From positions 248,001 through 312,000 of the forward strand of contig JAPETS010000035.1 in assembly GCA_026023565.1 (NCBI GenBank): a stretch of 64,000 bases of DNA, read 5' to 3'. The position numbers and the translations under genes were made by a program. The notes below the pieces were generated by a model. It was not told the DNA's origin and searched no databases. It saw only the letters and a program-made list of their open reading frames with translations. This DNA comes from Cirrosporium novae-zelandiae. Its lineage: Eukaryota. Positions 1-13,188 of the stretch are shown piece after piece. Numbering within the stretch: position 1 is the stretch's first letter; every line of letters begins with the position of its first letter.

Positions 1-3000
1 GACATTCAAGGTATTCGTAGATAGGGTGTGAAAGAAGATCAGAGGGTGAAGAGGTGATTCCTGGGCTTGGATAGTAGAGGTGAGGTTTGATGGTATGGTA
101 TGGCATAGTATGGAAACGGGATAAAGGGTTTCATAAACCTGGCTGTTCGCCCTTGTGTTGATTATCGACCATTAATTTCCTAGCTTGCAGTTGCTGTGCT
201 TGAAGATGGTGAGATAGGCTTTTTTCTTATGTTTTTTTCTCGATTTAAAAATTTCTCCCTTTTTCCTTTCACATGACAATAGGTTATGCCGCGTGGATCT
301 CAGCCCCTCAAAAGCTATGCGGGAAGTTAAAGACTGATTGCATGTAACTTTGGAGCATGGGCTACCCCAATACTTTTTTTATTTGTGGCTTGAATCTTCT
401 TTTAATGTTATGTAATGCGATTTTTGATTGACTGGGTTAAAGGTAGTACTCTGGAATAAGATATTTGTTGTATTTGTGGGGAAATGTGGTCATGCTCATC
501 CCTAGGGTTGACATTGACATCAAGCTTGCCAGAAAGCCAGATGACACAACGGAGTAGAGAAGGAAGGGTTCAATAATAAAGCGCGTACAGAATTCCTGCT
601 GAAGGACAGGGTAAATAAAATGAATATTGACAATTAACCCTAGGAGAGTTTGTCGCGGCCAGACATTCATACAGTTCCAGGTACCTAGTGGTTAATCAAT
701 TTACGATGAACAATGATTTGGCATTTGATATGTCAAGGAAGTCATCAAATAAAATTGGTGATTGATCGATCCGTGTGAGACTTAAATATTAATAGCCTGG
801 GCCTGTAGTAACGAAGGCGTCTGCGAAGAAAGAAGTAGAGGATACCTGAGGGAAAGCGTTGACAGATAGAACACTGGTTTGGGTGTAATAAGCTGAGGAC
901 TACCTTCTGAATGCACATCTTGTAGCTTCATCAATTCTGAGGCAAGGCTATCTGAACCTTTTGTTTTTCTTGAAATGAATGGTTCCTCTAGAAAACCACA
1001 CTTGTCTTGAGCCATTTCCCTCAAATATCTACCTAGGTACCTAGGTAGTTAGTGCAGTGGTTGCCCTCTGGGTAAATGTCCGACCTATTAATGACTGAAA
1101 ATGTCGGTTTGAATCCAACCTTGATCACCTCAGTTTCCTGCTGGGAGGAAAACACCTCTTGTAGGTGATTTTTCATAGGATATGCTCTATTAAAGTGCAT
1201 ATGTAATTCATCTGTGATGTTAGTGAGTATTTCATATTGAAAAAATAGGTCATGTCATCGATACGAGGGGCATATCTTGTATCTATTCTCTATTCTCCAG
1301 CGGGGATCTAGGATGGGATTTAAAGCGTAGAATTAACCATCAACCGCTCTGAAAGCTCGCCAAGACCCTGAACTCGACGTGGTTTAAACCCTTTTAAATT
1401 GATCGCTCATGTGGATCTTCTTTTCAGGGTCTGAACAGGTTTTCGGGCGCTTGACATGAAATATCCACTCTTGAAACCCTGGCACTAATGTATATTCATT
1501 GGATTATAGGGCGAGATCAGGAACCATCATTCGGCAATTCCTTGGATGAGCGGACAGGGAAATAGACGGTATTTAACCGACAGCCAAGTCGCAGTCAAGT
1601 CACGAGGGAAATGCGGAGGAGATAGTCTTTGAACGAAGGATATATAGTGTCTATATCGAAATGCGGAGTGCGGAGTAAGACGTTCAGTTGTGGAGTCTGG
1701 AGTAGGTCAGGTGGAAGGCTGTGTGGAGTTGTCTACTCGAGTAGATGTAAGCAGGGCTGAAGAGCAACACCAAAATCATTCAGCATATTCGTGCGAGGAT
1801 GACTGTCATCTTGTGTGTAGGGTTGGAGAGTCACAACTGACTCAGTTAATTAGTATTAGGATTTTAAGGTCAGGACCTGAAGACCAAATCCATCTTATTT
1901 ATTTATGTATTGGAGGCAGCTGAAATTAAAGTAATAATGTAAATTATGTCGTGTACCCCTCCAAGATTATCGTTATTTCGGAGCTATTTGTGGGCGGTGT
2001 TGGCTTAGGATTAATTAGGAAATCAGACCATAAGTGATGATGTACGAGTACGACGAGTACCAGTACGGGACCTGTAATTATGAGTTACCCAGGGGCTGAG
2101 AGGAAAAGGAAAACCATATTCTATCAACCATATCTACTAAAATCACCCAATTCACTGACATCAAAAATATTTCCCCCCTGTTCAAGGTTCATTCAAGTTC
2201 CAACTTCAATTCAGCAGTTTATTCATCAATTTATTTGATAGCTAAATCTCAACCAAAGAAACAGGTTCTCAACCTGGTACTTTCAGACATCAAGTATCCC
2301 GAGTATCCAAGTATTTCTTATCGTCCACCTTTCCTTTTTCCATCAAGCTCTTGATCATCCCTCCCCCAATCATTTAGTCCAAAAGCCACTTCAGACCTTG
2401 GGATTAAACCAAAACTCTCGTGCCCTTGGTCAAGCTACTTACCACTTACTTCCCTCCCGTTGAAGCCAGGGAAACCAGCACACCAGAGTGCCGAAGATTC
2501 AAAGACTCAAGCGAAACAAGACCAGACTCAGCAACAGTCCGAATCATTACCGTCCTTTTGTACCCATCAAGTGTTACTAATTAATTTGCCATCATTCTTC
2601 GATACCTTGCAGGTTTCAATCAGATGCAACTCGGTTGTGCATGCGTGATCCACCAGTTCTTCTGGAATTTCCAAGACCAGAGGTGCCCCAGGTGCTCAAG
2701 TGCTCGCTCGACCCTTCCCCCGTTACGCTGAGGCTTATTCTCCACAATCCCTGTCCCGTCCGACTGGACAGCAGGACCACGACCATCGCTTCCCTTCGAC
2801 CCAACAAACATCATAAAATTCCTTAGGCCGACTTCACCGTCGGCCCTTTTCCGCAGTCACAATTCCTTTCCAAAATCCCCTCCGTCCACCTTCCATTCCA
2901 CTCCGAAACCTTTCTAGATCATCCTCTCAATCAGATACACTCCTTGATTCTGACGACGAGAAACGAGGACGCCCGAGGTCCTCTCAATCCTCGGATTCGG

Positions 3001-3275
3001 CTGGTTCGGACTTCTCTCTCTGGAGTAATACTGGAGATCTAGGAGATCGACTCGCTGAAGAGGAGGATCCTCTTCGGATCAAACTCAGGGAATCTTTAGA
3101 AGAAGGGCATTCATCCCGAGGTCGCCGAAAGAAGTCCAAACGCGTTCGATATCAACTTTCAGACGACCCTGACCGCCAAGTCAGCGAAGCTGGATTCGAT
3201 AAAGAGGCTATTGAGATTCCGAACCCGGCGCCGCGGCAGATTAGCAAACTTGAAAGATATATTGCTTCTATCATC

Positions 3276-5204
3276 ATGAGTGACCATCGAAGTTCAGGCC
3301 AGATGCATGGCCTGGTGGGGAAGCCGTTGCTGTAAGAGCTGACATCGAATATACCTGATTATCAACATACTAATCAACTGCAGTTACTTCACAAGTGTAT
3401 TTGTATCATTAGGCGTTTTTCTTTTTGGATATGATCAAGGTGTTATGTCGGGCATCATCACGTATATTCCCCCCCATCTCTGTATTCCATATTGAGATGC
3501 TGACGATAAACTTGTAACAGTGGCCCTTATTTTAAAGATTATTTCAATCAACCCAAACCAGCTCAGATAGGGACCATGGTAGCTATTCTTGAAGTTGGAG
3601 CTTTCATATCATCCTTATCTGTTGGCCGAATCGGAGACATGATCGGCCGACGGCGAACAATCCTTTACGGTTCTATCGTGTTCTTCGTCGGAGGAGCTTG
3701 TCAGACCTTTGCTACAGGAATGAAAATGATGCTTTTGGGCCGTATAATCGCTGGTCTTGGCGTGGGTGCTCTCTCAACCATCGTTCCAGTTTATCAATCG
3801 GAGATTTCCCCGCCACATAACCGAGGAAAGCTGGCGTGCATAGAATTCTCCGGGAATGTAGCTGGATATTGTGCTAGTGTTTGGGTTGACTACGGCTGCA
3901 GCTTTATTGAGAGTGACTACTCATGGCGTGTACCACTTCTCTTGCAGTGCTTCATGGGAGCACTGTTGGGATTTGGCAGTATAATCATCTGTGAATCCCC
4001 TAGGTTAGTCTACTATATGATTTTATCTAAACCTGTGGTTACTAACCATCCATAGATGGCTGTTAGACAATGACCATGACGAGGAAGGCATTGTTGTCAT
4101 TGCCAATCTTTACGGAAAAGGAGACATCCACAACGATAAAGCACGACAAGAATACCGAGATATTAAGATGGATGTTCTTCTTCAGAGACAAGAAGGTGAA
4201 AAGTCTTATCATGATATGTTTAAGCGGTTTTACAAACGCGTCTTCATTGCCATGTCTGCTCAGGCTTTGGCCCAGCTCAATGGTATCAATGTCATCAGCT
4301 ACTATGCCCCACTGGTGTTTGAGCAAGCAGGATGGGCTGGTCGAAACGCTATTCTTATGACAGGCATTAACGGTATCACCTATCTATTATCCACAGTTCC
4401 GCCATGGTATTTAGTCGATCAATGGGGTCGTCGGGTTATTCTTCTTTCCGGAGCAGTGGCTATGATTATCTCGCTTTCTTCTATTTCCTATTTTATTTAT
4501 ATTGACATCCACTATACCCCCACACTGGTTGTGATTTTTGTCATGTTGTACAATGCGGCTTTTGGGGCGTCATGGGGTCCAATTCCTTGGCTCTACCCCC
4601 CTGAAATTCTTCCCTTGAGTATTCGCGCCAAAGGTGCTAGCTTGAGTACTGCATCAAACTGGGCGTTCAACTTTTTGGTTGGAGAAATTACTCCTGTCCT
4701 TCAACAATGGATTAAATGGCGTCTATACCTTGTTCATGCATTCTTCTGCGCAGTTAGTTTTGTTGTTGGTAAGTCTACGGCCCCAAAATTCTCTATTTTA
4801 TTCATTATCAATGCTAATTTTTTTGAAATTTAGTTTGGTTCCTTTACCCTGAAACAAGTGGTGTTCGGCTGGAGGACATGAATGCTCTGTTCGGAGATGC
4901 TTCAACTGCGATGCCTACGCCTGCTACCCAAGCCGAACGTGCATCTCTCATGGGCGTGGGTTCCCCTGTGCCGTCTTTGGACATCCGTAACCAGACGCAA
5001 TTCGGACCTGATAGCGCCATTCCTGGACTGGATATTGATCCTCCACATGTCGCGATAGAGAATGGCAAGCCGCAACTCAGAGATATCAGCGCTAGAGGAT
5101 CTCCAAGCGTTAGCTCTTTTATTGGAAGAGTATTCAACCGCGGGGGCGGATCATCAAAGGATGAGGAAGGTGCATATAGACCGTTAGGACAGGACGAGGA
5201 ATAG
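3276..5204 (+). CDS. MFS sugar porter (monosaccharide transporter), 5 exons; possibly N-terminally extended from a non-AUG start near 2862
   Basis: Spliced motifs FGYDQG, DMIGRRR, PVYQSEISP..RG, CESPRWL, QLNGINVISYY, PEILP..RAKG, YPETSG. First intron GTAAGA at 3332; further introns near 3462, 4003 and 4769. First in-frame ATG at 3276; stop TAG ends at 5204. Confidence 0.93.
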
Positions 5205-5938
5205 AGGATAATTTGGAATATGAGTGTTGATGGAAGTTATTCGCATGAGCGGTTCGAATATGGGATTCTAAGATTGCGAGGCTTGGAAGCCTATCATGGT
5301 CAATCTCTTTTAGGGCATAGAAGGGCGTTTACCGGTATTGTATTAAATGCTAGGGCTGGCATGGGAGCCGAGGGCCAGCTGCTGTTCTTAGTGTAGCTAG
5401 GTACTATTTATACTGTTAGCTAGATCAGAGATCACTGGGTGAACAAATATGCGATAACAAGCTCCGAAATAACTATCTACATGTAAGTTTTAACCACCGT
5501 CATAAAACTCTGAGCTTGAGTGATTAGACGTTTCCAAACGTACAAAAGAGCCTGAGTGACGAGTCTTATTAAGAAGCTGCGTAGAGGAAACGGTGTTCAT
5601 TCGCTTCTTGGCATAAACTCCCTTGCGAGCTACGAATCCTCACCCTGGACATGCTAAAACAGTTTCCAAGTGGGAGATTCACAACCAAAAACATTTTCTT
5701 TACTTCTTTGCTTCTCAACTTTCTCAACTCAACGCGATCCCAACTTTGGTTCGGATTGAATCGGTCCTACCGAGAATCATGAACTGAACCCCTTTCTCGA
5801 ATCTTCTTCTCGACATTCGTTTCAGTCATCGGTTGCAGCCGTTCCTCGGATTGAACCACATATATTATATCTTCCACCCGGTTTCACAAATATCTCTTCT
5901 ATAATTCATTTGGGTCGTTTGATCCCAGAAAAGCGGCC

Positions 5939-8422
5939 ATGGCTGGTCCCAAAGAAAGCTACACTACTGGGGCGGACCAAAATGGAGCCGACCTCAGACG
6001 CAGAAATATCCCCGGGCATGATGGAAGTAATGGAGCTGTTGCAAAAGGATCGCAACATATTAACGATGACAAGAAATCAAAAAGCGTTCGTGTTCAAGCT
6101 GATACCCCAAGTTATTACCCTAGCTTGGTTGTGCTGACAGATTTTCGTCTTGCAGCCTCGTAGCCCCGTCGTGACCTTCCTCAATGAAAACGAATATATT
6201 ATTGCACCTCTGATCTTCACGTTACTCTCCTTTTTCACAAGGATGTGGAAAATAGGGTTATCCCCAATCGTGACATGGGATGAAGCTCAGTATGGTTCAC
6301 ACCACGGGAGCTATGATTTGTAGTATAGTGGCTAACAATGTTCCGTCGCAGTTTTGGCAAATTTGGTTCTCATTACCTGAAACGCGAGTTCTATTTCGAT
6401 GTGCATCCTCCTCTTGGGAAAATGCTGGTTGGGCTTTCTGGCTATCTGGCTGGTTACAACGGCTCCTTTGAGTTCAAATCGGGGGAGGCCTACCCTGAGG
6501 AGCTCAATTACACCTTCATGCGAGTGTTCAATGCCTGCTTCGGTGCTCTCTGTGTCCCGCTCGCCTACTACACTGCAAAAGAACTTAGGTTCCGCCGTCT
6601 AACTGTTTGGCTGGTGGCCCTGATGGTTCTCTGCGAGAATTCCTATGCGACAATTTCAAGATTCATCCTCCTTGACTCTATGCTCTTGTTCTTTACATTC
6701 ACCACGACCTTTTGCTGGGCCAAATTTCATCAGTTGCAAAAGAAGAGCTTTGAGCCTGAATGGTGGGTTTGGCTTTTCCTAACTGGAATCAGCATCGGAT
6801 GTGTTTGCAGCATTAAATGGGTTGGGCTGTTTGTTACAACAATGGTTGGAATTTACACTGCTGAAGACTTGTGGAACAAATTTGGTGACCTTAAAATGCC
6901 AAAGGTATATATCCCATCTCAAGCGGCCATGAACAACGAGTACTAAGATTCTGTAGATTGAGCTTGCTTCCCATGTTGCCGCACGAGTTTTCGGTCTGAT
7001 GGCAATCCCTGCTGTGGTGTACATGTTCAACTTTTATATCCATTTTCTCATCCTCCAGAACTCTGGACCAGGCGATGCTCAAATGAGTTCTCTTTTCCAG
7101 GCTAACCTCAAAGGAACCGAAGTTGGCAAAGATAGTCCCCTAGAAGTTGCTTATGGTTCAAGAGCAACTTTGAAAAACATGGGTTATGGTGGAGGTCTTC
7201 TTCATTCTCATATCCAAACTTACCCCGAAGGCTCCGGACAACAGCAAATTACATGTTACCACCACAAGGATGCCAATAACGATTGGTTTTTCTACCCCAA
7301 TCGTCAAGCCGGAGAATTTAGCTTCGACGATCCTGTGAAATTTTTGCGGAACAACGACGTTATTCGACTTATTCACGCGCAGACTGGCCGAAATTTACAC
7401 TCTCATCAAGTATCAGCTCCCATCACAAAGGCCGACAATGAAGTTTCTTGTTATGGTAATATTACAATTGGAGATGACAAGGACCATTGGACCGTCGAGG
7501 TTGTCGATGATGCTGTTAACAGAGACCATTCTCTTGTCCGCACTTTGACCACTGCATTCCGTTTGAAACATTCTTCCCTAGGATGTTATCTCCGCGCAGG
7601 GACTGTCAATCTTCCACAATGGGGGTTTAAACAGATTGAAACAACATGTGTCAAGGAAAACAGGCCAAGCGACGTTTATACATACTGGAACGTTGAAAGC
7701 CATTGGAATGACAAATGTAGGATTACGAAACCCCTATCCCAATCTTCATACTAATCGTATCACTAGTACCACCCGGTAACCCTCGTGCCTACAAATCCCC
7801 GTTCTTGAAAGATTTTATCCATCTGAATGTTGCCATGATGACTTCGAACAACGCCTTAGTTCCTGATCCAGATAAACAAGATGACCTTGCCTCCAAGTTT
7901 TGGCAATGGCCTATCCTCCACGTCGGTCTCCGAATGTGCAGTTGGGATGATAATACCGTCAAATACTACCTGCTCGGAAACCCCATGGTCTACTGGGGAT
8001 CGGCCGCTTCTCTTGGTTTCTTTGGACTTCTCGTTTTCTGGTATTTGATTAGGTGGCAACGCGGTTACAATGAGCTCTCGCAGGCGGATATAGATCATAT
8101 CCACTATTCTGGAATATACCCTGTTATTGGCTGGTTCTTGCATTACCTACCGTTTGCAATCATGGGACGTGTGACCTATGTCCATCACTACTATCCCGCT
8201 CTCTATTATGCAATATTGACATACGGGTTTTGCGTTGACTGGGTGACGCAAAAACTTGACCGCAAGATCCAATGGGGTATTTATGGCGTGTTATACACTA
8301 TTGTTGCATTCCTATTTTGGCTCTTCCGTGACATTGTATTTGGAATGGAGGGAGATAATCGTAAGTGGGATCACTTGAAGTGGTTCGATACCTGGAAGAT
8401 TACCAACAAACGATCGGATTGA
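5939..8422 (+). CDS. pmt2: Dolichyl-phosphate-mannose:protein O-mannosyltransferase, PMT2 subfamily (5 exons)
   Basis: V(T)[13 protein letters not shown] and [16 protein letters not shown] motifs, MIR-domain LHSH repeats, C-terminal [13 protein letters not shown]. Canonical introns join ORFs 5939, 6338, 6999 and 7805. Confidence 0.93.
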
Positions 8423-8948
8423 AAATGGGTGGAGGAGCGGAGTCGAGTCTTTCCTCATGGCTAGAAAATATGATGGTTTGATTATTTTTGTTATCCCTGA
8501 TGGCGCTGGGAAGGTTCTAGGTTGGGGAGGTTCTGGTGGATTGGTAGGTAGGTAATGGATGGCGGCAGGGTTGGAGGTTTCTTCATCTCCTATTTCCCAT
8601 CTGAGGTGTGCCATGCAGCGGAGAAGCAAAAAAAAAACAGAAAAGGAAAGCGCATGCTTTCCATATTATTTATCATATATTAAGTGGGCTTCCCTGCCTG
8701 AAGTAGAGAAAGCATTAGAAGGGAAAAACGGGACTTAATGTACATCCAGTGTCTTATTATTATTTATCCTTGAATAATATCCCTGTTCATGAATGCATTA
8801 TGTGTGACGAGCGCCTTAAAACGCCTCGCCCTGCTGTCGTCTTGTATAATGTTGAGAATGCTTCCCTCCAAACTAGGTATAATGTCAAATTCTCATATAG
8901 CCGCCCTAGAAAATAGCAATGTCTGGTTCTTCCTCGCCTAGAGTCATG

Positions 8949-9853
8949 TTAACAGCATCCACCCATCCATCCCCTACTGCTGGTAACATCCCCCATACCC
9001 AACGTCACGGTCTTAGCCCCCGCGCCCCCACCACTTCCGCCTGTGGCTCCCGGGGCTTTGACCCCGCTCCTCCGGTCATTTAGATCATATTTACCAGCCT
9101 CAATGTTCTGAAATATTCGCTCTGCCACCTCTAAGAACGCGCGCTCTACACCCTCTCCAGATTTCGCCGACGTCTCCACATACTTGAGCACATTATTTGC
9201 ACTACACCATTCTTCTGCTTCCTCATGTGTTACGGCCCTCCTATTCAGCTCGCCTCTTCCGTCACCAGCATTTGAATTTGTACCAGATGCGAGAGATGAT
9301 TGTGCGAGATCGAGTTTGTTTCCTACCAGCACAACGACGATATCTTCTTCGGCGATAAGCCGCAGATCGCGCAACCACTGGGTCACGGATTCAAAAGTGG
9401 AACGGCGGGTGAGGTCGAAGACGAGGAGGGCGGCAGAGGCGCCGCGGAAGTAGGAGCGGGTTATAGACTTGTAGGTTTCTTGGCCGGCAGTGTCCCAGAG
9501 GGAGAGCTTCATTTTCTTTTGGATCTGTTGGGGGGAAGTGGGGATCTTGGACGAGCCATTTGCGGTGGAGGTGGAGGGGCTTTGGGGGTCATTGATACCG
9601 AGGGCAAGTGAAGCCGGGGGTCCGACGGGGACGATTCGAGAACCGAACTCGACTCCGATAGTTACATCATGGTGAGGGGAGAACCGACCTTCGCAGAGGC
9701 GGATTGTAAGCTGGGTTTAGTTGTCAGTAAATTGAAAAAAAGCATTATTTAAGGCTGTGTCTCGGAGCGGAGAAGTGGACATACGCTACTTTTGCCGGTT
9801 CCAGAGTCGCCGATGCAGACGAGCTTTGCTATGTAATCCCATGGCTGGGACAT
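8949..9853 (-). CDS. Rab GTPase, Rab2-like (Rab2/4/14 group), 2 exons
   Basis: Exon 1 MSQPWDYIAKLVCIGDSGTGKSS (P-loop), intron ~9712-9784, then HDVTIGVEFG, WDTAGQE, GNKLD, ETSAK and C-terminal GGCC prenylation motif. Confidence 0.92.
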
Positions 9854-10814
9854 GAGGGTGGTGGATATGGGGGGGGAAGGGTGGGATTGTGAGCGTAAGA
9901 CTATTTAGGAGCTTCGCATGAGCTATGGGGGCGACGTCACTTGATTGTTTTGAGTGGGTTCTGTAGGAATGGATGGGATGATGATAAGTATGACAGGTCT
10001 TTCTTTGACTTTTGAGTAAAGAGAACACTATCATGCAGATTGTAGAAAATATATATATGTTGAAATATTGATAATAGGAGTTTGTTGTATTGTTTATTGT
10101 TTTGTATTTGTTTCTTTCTCTTTTTTTTCCTTTTTGTTTTTTTAATCTGGGATGGTTATGTTAGTAGTATAGATACTGTGTACGTTGGTACTTTATACGT
10201 AGTGTAAGATGGATGGAATTGTGAGCTGGACATTAAGGGACCTTGAACGGAATATGCCGTGTTGAGTTAAACATTCGGTTAGACTAATTTGTTGTTATCA
10301 TTTGCTGCCTTGAAGAACATGGCACGGGCCAGAATTAAGGCCTCACTTTCACGTTCATGGATTCCAACAAACTTTCAACAGTCATAGAGGCAGTCACAAG
10401 CAGTCACAGGCAGTCACAGGCATCAGCCCCCAATATCCAGCACCTAGCACCTAGAACCTAGCACCTAGCAATCCAACCCACCCCCCAAAGAGAAACCACC
10501 GATGACCACCACCATGACCGCCATGACCGACGGAACCTAACTTAACTCACCTTAACTCATCGTCTTGACCCAACCTCATCCTTCCTCTAATCTTCGCGTG
10601 ATCAATAGATATCTGCAACCACTCGCGATCCACTTTGGGATATTTTCATACAATTATTCACTTATACAGCTTCTGATCCATCTTCCCATTCTCTATTCTA
10701 CGCACTGGAATTCTGTCGCCTCTGGAAGCCGTCGGTAATCAGCCATCGGGGCTTCCTGTTGTCTTTGTCAGCGACATGCGAAGCTGTTGATGCAAAGAAT
10801 AGTAGGCAGTCAAC

Positions 10815-13188
10815 ATGTTCTCAGAATGTAAGTTGCCATAGTGTTGATCTCTTTGTGTCTAGACGTTGGAAATGAAATGGGTCCCTTCTAATTAACCACC
10901 TCCTAGACGCATCTCGCTTTTTGGCCCAGTCACAATCTCGAATTTCCTTCCGGCAAGAGGACCAGAATAGATCTCCAGGAGACCGACATCGCAGACAAAA
11001 CCCGGGGAACTCAAGATATCAAAATTCTAAATCTTACTTAAATCGACCGAGCCTAGGAAATCCGTACCATGGAGCTGCTTCACAGATATCTCGTTTTCCT
11101 TTCGCGTCGAGAACCTCTACAGCTGCACCTTTATTTTACAGCGCCACGGACGAATTCCGAGAAGAAGATGACGAGGAAGAACATGAAAGAGAGGTAGCCG
11201 ATTTTTACGCGCTGCAGAAGTCGAGAAGACAATTTGGCGGTAGCCGGTTAGAGGAATCTTCGGAAGCTGAAGACGAAGGAAGCAGAGGATCGGGTGAGCT
11301 AGATGAGAGTGCAGAGGGAGATTCAAGAAACTTCGACGGCCGAGGTCGTGGTATGGGTATCCGAAGCTCGTGGAGAGGTGGGAAGCTTAGTGTACGCGGT
11401 AGAACTAAAAACACCGAACCTTTGCATCCAGCTATACTAGAAACACATGATAGCAACAAGAGTGATGGAGATAGCAGTAAGGGGAAAGAAAGACTTGTCG
11501 ATGTTGAGTTGGAGAGTGCTGCTCGAAGCTCTGAGGATCTACTAGAAAGAGATGAACCGCCGGACGACTTAGTTGTTGATATCCCTCCAGATGACCATCC
11601 GCCCCCGTTCCAACAATTTCGAAAACAACCCCAAGAGTCGAAACCTTCATTTGATATGAATTCTGGGTTTATTCCTCATGAAACTGAAAGGGAGGCTTTA
11701 CTAGAAAACCCTCCACCGCCGAGCTCGGATGGAGACTCCGCTTTAGCACATGTTACGTTTCCTGGTTCCGAACCTCCTCACCATGATGCATTCTGGGGAA
11801 ATCTTTATATTATTTCGCTAATCTCAGTGTTCGCGAGTTTCTTCTTGGTCTGGCTTCATACGTCGGCACCAGGAAAGAAGAACCCCCTGGGGGATACTAT
11901 CTATAGCACTCTTCATCAATCCTTCTTCCTACTTGCCATCGATACGTTTGTCGCCATTCTGGTCTCCCTGCTATGGTTGGCTCTACTACGATCATACGTT
12001 CGGCCTCTAGTATATCTTATTCTAGTGGCCGTTCCCGTCATTCTTTTCTCCTTCTTCTTATATTCATTTATCTCGAGCTTCAAAGGATCATGGAAAGGTG
12101 CAAGCCTTCAGGACAAAGCCATGCGATGGTTCTCAATTGTCCCATTCATATTAACCCTTCTTTGGACCTACAGTGTCTATCGAGGAAGACGTTCACTTGG
12201 CAAGGCAATCGAGATTCTCGAGTTCGCATGCCGGATACTTGCCGCAAATCCAGCCTTAATCCTCCTGGGCTTTGCTACAATTGGAGGCGTCGTGGGATGG
12301 ACCTGGCTTTGGATGGGTATGTTTACCCGTGTATTCCTTGGTGGACATCTTTCAAACAGCGAGAAGCCTTCATTCATCATTAACGCTGGGACCTGGTGGC
12401 TCGGAGCTTTTTTCATTCTTGTCTACCTCTGGACTCTTGGTGTCGGCTCGGGAATTCAACGCGCTACCACAGCTGCCACGGTTAGTCAATGGTACTTTCA
12501 TCGAACAGCTGTAACAACGCCAAGTTCACGCCAAGTCGTTCATGCTGCCTTGCATCATTCAACCTCTACACTTTTCGGGACCATATGTCTATCATCGCTG
12601 CTGGCTCTATTAATACGCCTCCCTCTTCTGATTCTACCGCGGCGACTAGTCTCAATTATCAGTCTCATCACTTATTCTATTATCCCAACTCCCATCGTGG
12701 CGCTAACCAATCCTCTGACCCTGACTTATGCCTCTATCCATTCGCAGCCCCTCGCAATGGCTGCGAGGAGCCTATCGGAATTGGCCTTTCTCCCGGTGAC
12801 ATCTCCAACCACCGCTCTTCATCCACGAACATTCGCGCGTCGATCTGATGCAAGAAATCTTCTATCATATCGCCTGGCTAAGCTGCTACTTGTTGCTACT
12901 CGCTTCATCATGTCACTGGCCCTTGGGTTCGGAGGTTGGATCTCTACAGCGCGGCTGCTTGAAATTGCTCCGGGATATAGAGGAAGTCTATATGCCTATA
13001 TTGTCGGTCTTATTGCGGGTGCAATTGGATGGGGAATTTTAGGCGCAATGGAGGGCATATTGGGTGGAATCGTTGACTCGGTCATTGTCTGCTGGGGCAG
13101 CGAGATGCAAACGTCCGGTGGAGGGGAAGCGATATACTGTCGTGAAGCAGGAGTGTTGTTTGGCCGTGGTGAGCACATGCGAGTATAA
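10815..13188 (+). CDS. Choline transporter-like (CTL/Pns1 family) multi-pass membrane protein
   Basis: Micro-exon ATG TTC TCA GAA T followed by GTAAGT intron joins the 755-aa ORF. Long disordered N-terminus, then ~10 hydrophobic segments with ATTAATVSQWYF and STLFGTICLSSLL motifs. Confidence 0.8.

Noticed and set aside
1..120. Possible minus-strand gene start at position 5 running off the window
   Set aside because: Only ATG-TC is visible; cannot be supported.
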